Virus record (IMG/VR): IMGVR_UViG_3300022692_000007
DNA: 46,181 nt
Direction: 5' to 3' (one strand)
Source of the DNA: a virus
This document shows positions 1 through 10,216 of the stretch, in pieces; positions within the stretch are counted from its first letter, which is position 1; each line of letters opens with the position of its first letter. A program made the position numbers and the translations under genes. The notes below the pieces were generated by a model, which saw nothing but the letters and a program-made list of their open reading frames with translations, was not told where the DNA came from and ran no database searches.

Positions 1-55
1 TACTTCATAGTATATAAAATTAAAGAATAAATAAGCAAAATAAAAATTAAAAATA

Positions 56-70
56 GTGACTTCGTGTCAC
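56..70. repeat. Short palindrome GTGAC-ttcgt-GTCAC at the point where hsdS breaks off
   Basis: 5-bp inverted repeat (56-60 / 66-70) overlapping the premature TGA (67-69) of hsdS. Sequence beyond it is non-coding and AT-rich. Confidence 0.5.
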
Positions 71-1008
71 ATCCTCTGATTATACTTTTCTTCAGTGATA
101 AATCGTTCATTACTAAAATCATGAAAACCAACTTTTATATTATTTAATTGTATAATTGGAATTCCTTCATCTACATATTCCTCATTTTTTAAATCGGAAC
201 CGAAAGGTCCATCAACGAAAGAATAATTATCATCAGAAGCAGCATAATTTAAGTTGTTAATATCCCAATGCTCAGGAATTTCACCAATCCACTCAACACC
301 GCTATCTTTCATAGGCACATCAGGATTTAAACCTTTAGTAACAACTTGATTAATTAAAGCAGTTCTTTTTTCTTCAAGTAATTCTATCAATCGTTCGTTT
401 TTAGCTATTGTTTCGTCAATTTTAGCTGTTTTTTTGTCTAAGTAGTTAGCTATTTGTTGTTGTTCTTTAATAGTAGGCATTAATATTGATACTTTTGCCA
501 AATGTGTTGGTCCAAAATTAGGCTGACATGATCCAGTCATCATCAATCCCAATTGTTCACGAATATATTCAGATTGTAATGCCCATTTAATATAAGGTTG
601 TTTTAATTCATAATCTGATGTAGGATTTTTATTAATTCTAATTGTGCTTGTGTTTAAAATTACAGTTTCATCATCAGTATACTCAGCAACCTTGCCCCAA
701 GAGTTTCCTGAACTAGATAATAATAAATCTCCTTGGTCAACTGTAAAATGTGAATAAGTTTGTTTATATTCATCTTCAGAAATGAATTTTTCATAATTTG
801 AAAAATCAATCCCATTTGACGTAATATTTGTTACACAGATTACACGAACACCATCATCTGTAAATTGCCAATTTCTTAAACCTGGACCTTCTTGGAAGAA
901 AATTAAATTTTTAATTTTATGTATTTCCCAATGAATAGGAATCTTTCCAGCCCAAATATTATTTGAATTTTTATACTCAGGATAAGTTTTGTAACTCACA
1001 ATTTTCAC
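67..1008 (-). pseudogene. hsdS: Type I R-M specificity subunit, truncated within the second target-recognition domain
   Basis: HsdS conserved blocks: YKNSNNIWAGKIPIHW, PTIKEQQQIANYLDKKTAKIDETI...LEEKRTALINQVVTKGL, MKDSGVEWIGEIPEHW. The second TRD starts (GPFGSDLK) but stops after about 70 aa (EEKYNQRM*), with no second coiled-coil. Directly downstream of hsdM. Confidence 0.8.
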
Positions 1009-3015
1009 CTATTTGAGTAATTCTTGAATTTCTGCAGTTATTTTACTAATATCAGCTTCAATTTCTTCTAGTGGTCTTGGAGGTTCATAAACGTAGAAAT
1101 ATTGTGTAAAGTTAATTTCATAACCTACTTTATTTCTTCCTTCGTCATACCAAGCATCTGAATAATATTTTAATACTTCATCCTCAAAGTAATCATCAAT
1201 GTTTTGTACTAATGGTATTTTTTCAGTATCTCTTAAATTGCTGTCTGCTTTTGGTTTACCTTTTTTATCTGTAACATATTCTGCTGCATCATCATGCTCG
1301 GATAATTTCTCAATAACATTTTTAATGAATGCTGGTTTTAAATCAAAATCTTTTAATGCATTTTTAACTTTCGCTTCAAATGTGTTCCAATCTTTGTATA
1401 ATTCATCACCAATTGTTAGTAAAGCATCTTTAATAGCTTCTTGTTGTTTTTTACCTTCTTCTTCCTCAGCCATTTTCACTTCCAAATCTTTGCTTTTACT
1501 TTCAGCTAATTTTTTAAATTGGTTATATGAATAAAGGTTTTCAAGTCTTTCAGAAGTTACTTGATAATTAAGTTGCATCGGTCTTTCAACAGTTATTTTT
1601 GTGTAACCAAAGTCTTCATTATCAAATATTTTTACTTTTTCACTTTCTGTAAAGTCTTTGTAATTGTTAATTATTTTGTTAATGGATTCTTCAGGAATGA
1701 TATGTCTTTTACTTCCTAATGATTTTCTCATTCCTTCAAATTCTTCACGTGCATCAATTAGTTGCACTTTTCCTTCTCTTTGTGCTGTTTTTTTATTTGT
1801 CAATACCCAAACGTATGTTCCAATTCCTGTGTTGAAAAATAGTTGATCAGGTAATGCTACAAGTGCTTCGAGGTAATCGTTTTCAAATATCCATTTACGA
1901 ATATTGCTTTCACCTGAACCAGCATCACCAGTAAATAATGGTGAACCGTTTGTAATTACAGCTATTCTTGAACCACCATTATCTTTAGATTTCATTTTTG
2001 AAATCATGTGTTGGATAAATAACAACTGTCCGTCACTTTTACGTGGCAGTCCTGCTCCGAATCTTCCGTCAAATCCTTTTTCTTCAGCTTCTTTGGTTAC
2101 TACTTCTTTGTCTTGTTCCCAATCACGTCCGTATGGTGGATTTGAAATCATGTAGTCAAATTTATTTTCTGATAATTGGTCATCTGATAATGTGCTTGAA
2201 GGTCCTTTGATGTTTTCTGCATCTTCACCTTTCATTAGCATGTCTGCTTTACAAATTGCATATATTTCATCGTTTATTTCTTGTCCGTATAATACTACAT
2301 CAATATCTGGATTATTGTTGTTTATAAATTCTTGACAGCTTGTAAGCATTCCTCCGGTTCCGCATGCTGGATCATATACCAGTTTAATGCTTCCTGATGT
2401 TTTTTCTTCACCTACAAATAGTAATTCTGTCATTAGTTTTACCACGTCTCTTGGTGTGAAGTGCTCTCCAGCTTCTTCGTTTGATGTTTCTGAGAATTTA
2501 CGGATTAATTCTTCAAATAATGTTCCCATGTCATGGTTTGAAATGTTTTTAGGTGATAAATCAAGGCTTGTTTCATTGAATTTTTTTATTAATAAGTATA
2601 ATAGGTTTGCTTTGGAGAGTTTAGCGATTTGTTTTTCAATATCAAAGTTTTCTAAAATGTCTTTTACGTTTTTGCTGTAGCTTTCTATATAGAATTTGAT
2701 ATTTTCTTCAATATTGTCTGGGTCTTGTAGTAGTGTTTTAAAGTCAAATTTGGAATAATTATAAAATCCTAATTCATTACCTTTTTCATCAACTGATTTA
2801 CTCATTAATATTGGTTCTAAAAAATCAGTTCTGCTTTTATTTGATTCATATGTATCAACTACATTTTGTTTGGAGTGTTCCAATACACTATCAAATCTTT
2901 TAAGTACAGTAAATGGTAAAATTACTTTTTGATATTCGTTTCTTTTGTATGCTCCTCTCAATACTGCATCGGATATGCTCCATATAAATCCAGATATTTC
3001 ACTAATACTTGGCAA
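1009..3015 (-). CDS. hsdM: Type I restriction-modification N6-adenine methyltransferase subunit M
   Basis: Motif I YDPACGTGGML, motif IV SNPPYG, GEHFTPRDVV, LFFNTGIGTYVW. TTG start preceded by GGGTGA RBS. Stop abuts the hsdS start. Confidence 0.95.
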   Translation of the reverse strand: MPSISEISGFIWSISDAVLRGAYKRNEYQKVILPFTVLKRFDSVLEHSKQNVVDTYESNKSRTDFLEPILMSKSVDEKGNELGFYNYSKFDFKTLLQDPDNIEENIKFYIESYSKNVKDILENFDIEKQIAKLSKANLLYLLIKKFNETSLDLSPKNISNHDMGTLFEELIRKFSETSNEEAGEHFTPRDVVKLMTELLFVGEEKTSGSIKLVYDPACGTGGMLTSCQEFINNNNPDIDVVLYGQEINDEIYAICKADMLMKGEDAENIKGPSSTLSDDQLSENKFDYMISNPPYGRDWEQDKEVVTKEAEEKGFDGRFGAGLPRKSDGQLLFIQHMISKMKSKDNGGSRIAVITNGSPLFTGDAGSGESNIRKWIFENDYLEALVALPDQLFFNTGIGTYVWVLTNKKTAQREGKVQLIDAREEFEGMRKSLGSKRHIIPEESINKIINNYKDFTESEKVKIFDNEDFGYTKITVERPMQLNYQVTSERLENLYSYNQFKKLAESKSKDLEVKMAEEEEGKKQQEAIKDALLTIGDELYKDWNTFEAKVKNALKDFDLKPAFIKNVIEKLSEHDDAAEYVTDKKGKPKADSNLRDTEKIPLVQNIDDYFEDEVLKYYSDAWYDEGRNKVGYEINFTQYFYVYEPPRPLEEIEADISKITAEIQELLK

Positions 3016-3172
3016 TTTATCACCCTTGTAAATTATATGAATTATTTATGTTAGACACAATTTATATTATTTATTATTTGTGTGTATATTGAAGAATAAA
3101 TTGTAAGTTTAAATCCGACTTTAGTTGAAAATAATATAAACTTTTTTACTTAATTAGTAACAATATATTAAT

Positions 3173-4078
3173 ATGTCACTTTATCAAATTCAAAATTCTA
3201 ATCTGGAACCCATTAAAAAAGTTAATTTCAAATATGAAAAAGATTTGCAAAAGTTAACTGAAAAAAACTTAGAAAAAATATTTAATTTACAATTTGTTGA
3301 AACTGAATTTGCTGTTGATAATTTGAGGATAGATACATTAGCTTACAATAAAGAAACAAGCTCTTTTGTAATTATTGAATATAAAAGGGATAAGAATTAT
3401 AGTGTTATTGATCAAGGTTTTAGTTATCTTTCAATTTTATTAAATAATAAGGCTGAGTTTGTTTTAAAGTATAATGAAAATTTAAATGCAAATCTTAAAA
3501 AAGCTGATGTTGACTGGTCTCAAACATTAGTAATCTTTATTGCACCGAGTTTTACAACATATCAACTTAAATCTGTCGAATTTAATGATTTGGCTTTTGA
3601 ATTATGGGAGGTATCTAAATTTAACAATGGCACCATATTATTTGATAAAGTAAATGTTTCTGAAAATAAGGAGTCCATAAACACACTAAATCCAAAAAAT
3701 ACAAAAGTTACTAAAGAAATTAAGAAATATAAAGAATCACGTCATTTAAGAAAGAAATCTAAAAAAGTTAAAGAAATCTATAACAAAATAAAAGAAAACA
3801 TTTTAGAATATAATGATGTTGAAATAGTTGTTTTAAAACATTATTTTGCCGTAAAAATAAATAAAAAGAATATTTGCGAAATTGCACTTTTAAAAAATCA
3901 CATAACTATTTGGATAGATTTGGAATTTGATAGTATAAAGGATTCTTTAAATAAAGTGCAGGATGTTTCTAATGTTGGACATTGGGGTACTGGAAACTGT
4001 AAAATTCAGATTAATGAAATTGATGAGGTTCCTTATTTTATGGAATTATTTAAGCAGTCTTATGATGAAAAATTATAG
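3173..4078 (+). CDS. PD-(D/E)XK (NucS-like) nuclease domain with DUF5655-like C-terminal domain
   Basis: EKDLQ...RIDTLAY...FVIIEYKR nuclease motif. C-terminal DVSNVGHWGTGN motif. Sits divergent to an R-M locus. Confidence 0.75.
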   Translation: MSLYQIQNSNLEPIKKVNFKYEKDLQKLTEKNLEKIFNLQFVETEFAVDNLRIDTLAYNKETSSFVIIEYKRDKNYSVIDQGFSYLSILLNNKAEFVLKYNENLNANLKKADVDWSQTLVIFIAPSFTTYQLKSVEFNDLAFELWEVSKFNNGTILFDKVNVSENKESINTLNPKNTKVTKEIKKYKESRHLRKKSKKVKEIYNKIKENILEYNDVEIVVLKHYFAVKINKKNICEIALLKNHITIWIDLEFDSIKDSLNKVQDVSNVGHWGTGNCKIQINEIDEVPYFMELFKQSYDEKL

Positions 4079-4230
4079 TATATTCAAAGTAGTGATTATT
4101 TAAGGTGCATTACGAGCTAAAAGAACAACAAAATGGTATTGAAATATATAACGGTTTTATAGTAATATGAATTAAAATGGTTTATAAATGGAAATAACTC
4201 TATTAAACGTTCATTATATTTTTCTAATAG

Positions 4231-4784
4231 CTAAGATTTACGTATCTTGTCAAAAATATTATCTTTGCCAAAATTATCAGAAATTATAATATCATCACCA
4301 GATTCAATACTCATAATTCTATCTAATTCTTTTTCATTAAATTCCTTTTTCAATTTTTCTAATTCCTTTTTTAATCTAGAATTTTCCTTTTTCAGATTTA
4401 ATCTTTCATCTCTTAAACTATCAATTTTTTTAATTAATTCTGATTCAGGTTCAAATTGTAATTTTTCATTTTTCCTTCTTTCAATTCTCAAATCTAATTT
4501 TATCCCATATAAATCATGTTTCAATTGATCGTTTTCTTTTTTTAATCCATTATTTATTTTACTTAATCTTCTATTTTATTTTCTAGTTCTAAAATAATTT
4601 TATCCTTCTTATCAGCCTCATCATTTATTACTTGAGTTAAATTATTCATTTGTTCTTTACAAGCTTCAATTTCTTTATTGACCCCTTTAAGACCAAATTT
4701 TGCTATTACTAAGTCACCTTGTAGCTTTTCTTTTCTCTTTTCGAGTTGTTCCAATCTATTAGAATAATAACCTAATTCTACCAT
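4231..4784 (-). pseudogene. Coiled-coil protein split into two ORFs (4563-4784 and 4231-4524) by a 5-nt tandem duplication
   Basis: ATTTT-ATTTT at 4573-4582. Removing one copy restores a single 182-aa frame (...LELENRRLSKINNGLKKENDQLKHDLY...). Confidence 0.6.
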
Positions 4785-4803
4785 ATAAACGCCTTTTTAG
4801 ATT

Positions 4804-5214
4804 TTAACTTTTAATAGTTATTTTTTCCATATCTATAATAAAATCCTCATCAACGAAATGATTTTGCCATTCTGAATGTTTTCTATCTATAAAATCTGCA
4901 AAAACCAATTCATCACCAATATCTTCAAATCGAGATTTGATACTAATTAATAACTCTTTAAAGAGATTAAAATCTTCAGTTCCTTTTTCATGAGGATTTT
5001 TAGGTAGTGAATTTTTTAACTCGCTTCCCTCATAAAATTCAATGATCTTATCATATTCGTCAATTGGTTCTGTTATATCAGCTACTCCTCTGATATAAAT
5101 TCTTTTAGCATTTGGATGAGTTATGGCAAATAAGCAATAATCTGTCACGAATTGCCTCCTTGTTTTATATCCCCTATTTAAGACATTATTTTTTCTCTTT
5201 TTTGAGAATAACAT
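4804..5214 (-). CDS. Hypothetical protein (136 aa)
   Basis: ATG-started ORF co-oriented with its neighbours. No recognisable motif. Confidence 0.6.
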   Translation of the reverse strand: MLFSKKRKNNVLNRGYKTRRQFVTDYCLFAITHPNAKRIYIRGVADITEPIDEYDKIIEFYEGSELKNSLPKNPHEKGTEDFNLFKELLISIKSRFEDIGDELVFADFIDRKHSEWQNHFVDEDFIIDMEKITIKS

Positions 5215-5339
5215 AATGCCAATATAATTTTATTTAATATATTTTTTGTATTTTAATTCTTAAATATCCATTACTCATTATTAGTTTTTACATCAAGAGT
5301 TTAAATTGGTGATGATTAACTATTGTTTTAAAAAAACAT

Positions 5340-5567
5340 TTATTTAAAATCTCTATTGAGAATTTCATTTAATAGCTTAATCTGGCTTCTAATCTTCTGA
5401 CGGTTTTCAATAGGGTAGCGGCTGGTATTTCTAAACAGCATCGGATTATAAGCTACTTTCTTAAGAAACAAATCATTAACTTTTCTACTTTTCAAACTTT
5501 TGTGTTTCGCTTTACAGCAAACAGATAACTGATATTGTCTATTATTAAAACTATTAAATATTTTCAT
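5340..5567 (-). CDS. Small basic hypothetical protein (75 aa)
   Basis: ATG preceded by AGGAGA RBS. No recognisable motif. Confidence 0.55.
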   Translation of the reverse strand: MKIFNSFNNRQYQLSVCCKAKHKSLKSRKVNDLFLKKVAYNPMLFRNTSRYPIENRQKIRSQIKLLNEILNRDFK

Positions 5568-5651
5568 GTTATATCTCCTTTTTTGGATTATATGATATTT
5601 TATCTGCCATAAAAGTTATAATTAGTGTTTTAAATTTTCACCGAATACTTT

Positions 5652-5832
5652 CCAAATGCTCTCGCAAAAGTGTTATATTTTTTATTAGTTTAATATACTA
5701 ATTGAAGTCACATATTTCAGATGCTTTTTTTGATAAAAAAGTGTAAAATTGTTGGATTTAGTGATGGTTGAAATCCTGGAAATGTGACTTCTAACTATTT
5801 TTCAATATAAAAATTACTTACCAAATGCTCTC
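5652..5832. repeat. Direct repeat pair flanking an inverted repeat in a divergent intergenic region
   Basis: CCAAATGCTCTC at 5652-5663 and 5821-5832. GAAGTCACAT (5704-5713) and ATGTGACTTC (5782-5791), extendable imperfectly to about 16 bp. Confidence 0.6.
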
Positions 5833-6190
5833 TCACTTTCTTTATATGTATTAAAAATAAGATTAATAATTACAGCTCAAAAATATTTGGGCTGTTCATT
5901 TCGTAAAATTGCTTAGTTGAGTTTATTATGGGGTTTACCTCTCTATTACTGTTTTTCTAATCATTTGCTCCATAATAAAGTCAACGTTGAATAGGAGTAA
6001 TCTAATTTTTAATTTTAATAATTAATTTTGAGATTCCATAATACATAACTTTTTACTAAATTAATACTAAATATAAAAATATAAAAAATGAAACGAAATA
6101 GACTGGATGAATTAAAGTATTTACTTAAGAATAATGATAGCTTAAAAAGTTTATTTAATCGCTTATAATCAAATAATATTGGTGCTTTTC

Positions 6191-7423
6191 ATGTTAGAAG
6201 ATGAATATTTGGAAATTTCAAAAGAATTATCTTCTTTAAAAGAAGAACGCAATGAATTAGAAAAGAAATTAAATTTGCCGCATTCTAAAGAATTTATTAT
6301 TGAATGTAAATTTGATATAATAAAAATTGATGAAAAAATACCTGTTTTAGAAGATAAACTCAGAATTTTAAATATTCAAATCGAGGAAGAAAAGCGAAAA
6401 CAATTGGAAGAAGAAAGAAGACGAAAACAAGAAGAATTAGATTATAAAAAGATATACATTACTTTAACAGAATATATGTCTTTATTCATTCGTGTTTTTA
6501 ACATTACTGATTTATCTAATAAATCCGTTGAGTATTTATTAAATAATTATACGAAACAGGAACTTTTCAGAATAATAGATTTATCAAATTTTTTAGAATC
6601 ATCAGTATTTCATAATTTTATAAAAGATATTCACACTAACAACGCCTCACTAAACACTTTATTAGACAAATATGAGGATAAATGTAATTTCATTGAAAAT
6701 TTAAAACTTCCAATAAAAAATAAAATTAAAAAAGTCGAAGACAAATGTGATTTGAAGTTTAACGGAGTAATTAGGAGATATTATTTTTGTGTTGAATTTG
6801 TAAAGGATTTTTCTCAAGAAATTGATTTTGAATCTTTTATATTAAATAATTTTGAAGATTATGTGTATGGCGAGGTCGAATCTTACGTTTATGATAGGGA
6901 TGCATGGGCAAATCAGAGGATTGTTGAAGATTATTGGGAAGATATGTCTGAATATCAAAAACTTGAAATGGTATCAAAAGAAAATTTTTGTGTTCTTTAT
7001 GGAGAACAGTTATATGATAAATTAACTAAGGTTATTGGTGATGATTTTGATTTTGATGTTTATGTTAAAGCTCCAAAGAATACTACTCCAATACTTATGC
7101 AAACTCAAGAATACAAATATAAAAAAGACAAGGTTTATGAGAAAAATGTACAGAAATATGAGGATTTAATTGCTAAAAAAAGATACGAAAAAAAAGATAA
7201 ATCACATAGTTTTGATTGTATTAAAAATTTAAATGAAGATTCATCTATTGGAGATATTGCTAATTGTTACTGCAAATATGAAGGTTTTAATAATTGGGAA
7301 CATGATAAAAAAAATAAAAAGATAATTTTCAAACTTTTGAGAGCAGATGGTAAGAATTATTCAAAAATGAGAAAATTAGAAGTTAAAGAATTAGAGGGTT
7401 GGCCTAAAACAGTTAAAAAGTGA
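6191..7423 (+). CDS. Hypothetical protein with N-terminal coiled coil (410 aa from ATG 6191)
   Basis: Long ORF with E/K/R-rich heptads at the N-terminus. TGGTG RBS before ATG 6191. Confidence 0.7.
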   Translation: MLEDEYLEISKELSSLKEERNELEKKLNLPHSKEFIIECKFDIIKIDEKIPVLEDKLRILNIQIEEEKRKQLEEERRRKQEELDYKKIYITLTEYMSLFIRVFNITDLSNKSVEYLLNNYTKQELFRIIDLSNFLESSVFHNFIKDIHTNNASLNTLLDKYEDKCNFIENLKLPIKNKIKKVEDKCDLKFNGVIRRYYFCVEFVKDFSQEIDFESFILNNFEDYVYGEVESYVYDRDAWANQRIVEDYWEDMSEYQKLEMVSKENFCVLYGEQLYDKLTKVIGDDFDFDVYVKAPKNTTPILMQTQEYKYKKDKVYEKNVQKYEDLIAKKRYEKKDKSHSFDCIKNLNEDSSIGDIANCYCKYEGFNNWEHDKKNKKIIFKLLRADGKNYSKMRKLEVKELEGWPKTVKK

Positions 7424-7476
7424 GTTTATGAAATTCAAATAAAAATAATCTAAATTGAATAAGGAGGTAAATAATC

Positions 7477-7665
7477 ATGATAACTTGCAGCGTATGTGGA
7501 CATTTAAATGATTCATCAAGGGTAACATGTGAAGAATGCGGATCAGATTTATCAGACAGTGAAGATTGGGGAAATGATTATGATGATTTTGATGACGGTG
7601 ATGATGATTTAAACTATGATTACAGTGAAGATAGAGGGTATTATGATTCGGATTATTTTGATTAA
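7477..7665 (+). CDS. Zinc-ribbon protein with acidic D/Y-rich tail
   Basis: CSVC-x10-CEEC. AGGAGGT RBS. Confidence 0.75.
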   Translation: MITCSVCGHLNDSSRVTCEECGSDLSDSEDWGNDYDDFDDGDDDLNYDYSEDRGYYDSDYFD

Positions 7666-7845
7666 TTAGATGCCATAATTATATATTTCAGATAATTTTT
7701 TATCCCTAATTTCTCCCAAATCATTTATTTTCTTTCTAATTTTATTTTTATCATCTTCGGACAGTTCAGCATTATTTTTTAAAATCATTTCATATGCTTC
7801 AATGGTGGTTCTGATGCTGTGCAATTCAGCTTCTGCTCGTGTCAT
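7666..7845 (-). CDS. Small hypothetical protein (59 aa, absent from the ORF track)
   Basis: Read by hand: GGAG RBS, then MTRAEAELHSIRTTIEAYEMILKNNAELSEDDKNKIRKKINDLGEIRDKKLSEIYNYGI*. Confidence 0.6.
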   Translation of the reverse strand: MTRAEAELHSIRTTIEAYEMILKNNAELSEDDKNKIRKKINDLGEIRDKKLSEIYNYGI

Positions 7846-7904
7846 TATTTAATTCTCCATTTATTACAATATTTATCAAATCTTTCCTTAAATATTTTTC
7901 AAAA

Positions 7905-8087
7905 TTATTTTTGAGATATTTCTAATATAGTTTCATGTAGTTTTTTATTTTGTTTTTCAAGTTCTTTATTGCGAGCATTTAATTCTTTATTTTCATTTTC
8001 TAACTTGTCTATATATGATACTATTTTTTTCAGACTGCTATTAATGTAATCGAATTTCTCGTCAATACTCTTTTCAACGTAATTCAT
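7905..8087 (-). CDS. Small coiled-coil protein (60 aa)
   Basis: Heptad pattern LENENKELNARNKELEKQNKKL. Confidence 0.55.
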   Translation of the reverse strand: MNYVEKSIDEKFDYINSSLKKIVSYIDKLENENKELNARNKELEKQNKKLHETILEISQK

Positions 8088-8217
8088 TATTTTATTGTAA
8101 TTTAATTAATTATTATTTTTTTATGTAATTTAATTATTAATCTCTATAAATTAAAATAGTAAAAAATATTTATGCTGAATATAAAATATAATATTATTAA
8201 TATATTGGGGGTAACTT

Positions 8218-10098
8218 ATGTATTTTAAAAATAAGTTAGTCATTTTAGGGGTATTGATATTTATAATTTTATCAGTTTCTACTGTTTCCGCTGAGGATAA
8301 TATAACTGATATAAATACAAATGACATTAGTGAAGATATTATTTATGATGATGCTCCAGAAGAGAACAATAATAATAATTTAGATGATGATGAATTACTT
8401 TCAACCGATATGAATGATGAGGATAAACTTCAAAAAACTAGTTCGATTTCAACAACCATTACTGTTAATCCGGTTACTATTAATGAGGGAAGTGGATTTA
8501 GTTTTACCGCAAAAGTTAAAGCAAGCAATAATATGAATGTTCCAGGACAAGTTGAATTTAGGTGTGGCAACAATTTTACAAGGGATTTAGACTCAACAGG
8601 TACTGCCAAAATTAGTTTAACTGGTAAATTATCTCCAAAGCTTTATACTTGGACTGCTGTTTATTTAGGCGGAACAACTACTTCTGGATCAAATACATAT
8701 AAATTTTTGACTAGTACAACAACAATTAAATTAACTGTAATGGGTAATGCTGTTGTTACAGCAGATAATTTCAATTCATTTTATCAATCTGGTGAGAAAT
8801 ATAAAATCAAAGTAATAAATTCATATAATAATGAACCAATTATAAATAAAAAAATAAAAGTCTTATTTTACACAGACTCCAATAAGTATACAACTTCATA
8901 TTATTATACCAACAACAACGGTATTTATGAGGGAACAGTTGATAATTTGCCCGGAAATTATAAAATTGTTGCTAGTTTAGATGATTCTTATTATAACTCT
9001 AATCAGGCTTCTTTTAATGTTTCAATTGGTAAAAAACCGGTTAAATTAGTATCCAATCAAATTTCCAATACTCACCCCTATGCTACATTAAAAGTGCAGA
9101 TTATGGATACTTTGGGAAATAAGGTAAATAATGGTTTAGTAGTATTTTCAATTAATGGTAAAACATACTCAGCTAATGTTAAAAATGGAATAGCTACAAC
9201 TAATATTAAACTATCCACTGGAACATATGATTGTGTTGCATCATTTTCAGAAGATAATTCCTATTCAAATAATACTAAATTCAAAGTTGTAGTAAGCAAA
9301 GCTGGTGTAAAATTAAAAACATATAAATTAATTTCAACTACAAAACTTTACTTTAATTTAAAGGCACTTGTTAAAGATACTTCAGGAAATAAGATTAAAG
9401 AAGGTGTAATTAAATTTACTATTAATGGTAAAACATATTCCGTTAATGTTAAAAATGGAATAGCAACTAAAAAAATTAAATTGAAAAAAGCAAAATCCTA
9501 CAAATATAAAGCAACCTTTTCTTCAAAAAATTATCAAACAAAAACATCTTCTTCTAAAGTAATTGTAAAAAAAGCTAAAAAATATTATACATTTAAATAT
9601 GGCAAATTAAAAGGTAAACTTTCATATAAACAATATGTGAAATTACTTAAAGCGTATAATGATGGAAAATACAAAGAAATTTCTGTTAAAACTGGAAAAT
9701 ACAACACATACAAAGTCCCAAAATATACATATAAAAAAGTGACTTCTAAAAAATGGAAATATAAAAAAGTTTTAGCTTCTGAATACTGGAGTTGGGATAG
9801 TGGCAGTGAATGGGAAGATTATGATGACTGGAAAACCTATACTAAAAAAGGTTGGACTTGGTATGGAACATCATATGATGATGAAAGTTATGATGATTAT
9901 TACTATTCTGCTACTTATTATAAACTTAAAAAGAAAGTAAAAGTAACTGAAAAAAAGAAAGTTAAAAACGGGTATAAAAAAGCTAAATACAAAATAAAAA
10001 TGGTTGTATCAAGTACAGAAGGTTATAATGGATTTAGTATTGAATTCTATGATAACTATGAAGGATACTTGGGTGGAGGAAGAAAAAATATAATTTAA
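8218..10098 (+). CDS. Adhesin-like surface protein (signal peptide, Ig-like repeats, Lys/Tyr-rich C-terminus)
   Basis: Signal peptide ...LSVSTVSA-EDN, acidic N-terminal linker, duplicated 90-aa module (INGKTYSANVKNGIAT at 9151; INGKTYSVNVKNGIAT at 9421), K/Y-rich tail. Typical Methanobrevibacter ALP layout. Confidence 0.8.
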   Translation: MYFKNKLVILGVLIFIILSVSTVSAEDNITDINTNDISEDIIYDDAPEENNNNNLDDDELLSTDMNDEDKLQKTSSISTTITVNPVTINEGSGFSFTAKVKASNNMNVPGQVEFRCGNNFTRDLDSTGTAKISLTGKLSPKLYTWTAVYLGGTTTSGSNTYKFLTSTTTIKLTVMGNAVVTADNFNSFYQSGEKYKIKVINSYNNEPIINKKIKVLFYTDSNKYTTSYYYTNNNGIYEGTVDNLPGNYKIVASLDDSYYNSNQASFNVSIGKKPVKLVSNQISNTHPYATLKVQIMDTLGNKVNNGLVVFSINGKTYSANVKNGIATTNIKLSTGTYDCVASFSEDNSYSNNTKFKVVVSKAGVKLKTYKLISTTKLYFNLKALVKDTSGNKIKEGVIKFTINGKTYSVNVKNGIATKKIKLKKAKSYKYKATFSSKNYQTKTSSSKVIVKKAKKYYTFKYGKLKGKLSYKQYVKLLKAYNDGKYKEISVKTGKYNTYKVPKYTYKKVTSKKWKYKKVLASEYWSWDSGSEWEDYDDWKTYTKKGWTWYGTSYDDESYDDYYYSATYYKLKKKVKVTEKKKVKNGYKKAKYKIKMVVSSTEGYNGFSIEFYDNYEGYLGGGRKNII

Positions 10099-10216
10099 TC
10101 TTCCTTTTTTTATTTTTTTTTATTTTTCAACTTTATTTTATAACTCTTTTTTTATGTAATTTAATTCTTAATCTCACTTATAAATAATATTAACACACAA
10201 TATTGTATTGTAAAAC

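Noticed and set aside
5760-5795. GGTTGAAATCC as a tRNA T-loop or att site
   Set aside because: Does not match GGTTCRANTCC and no cloverleaf can be built. No tRNA gene found in the window.
9151-9480. Near-identical 60-nt segments 270 bp apart in the adhesin
   Set aside because: Ordinary tandem Ig-like domain duplication within an adhesin, not a separate element.
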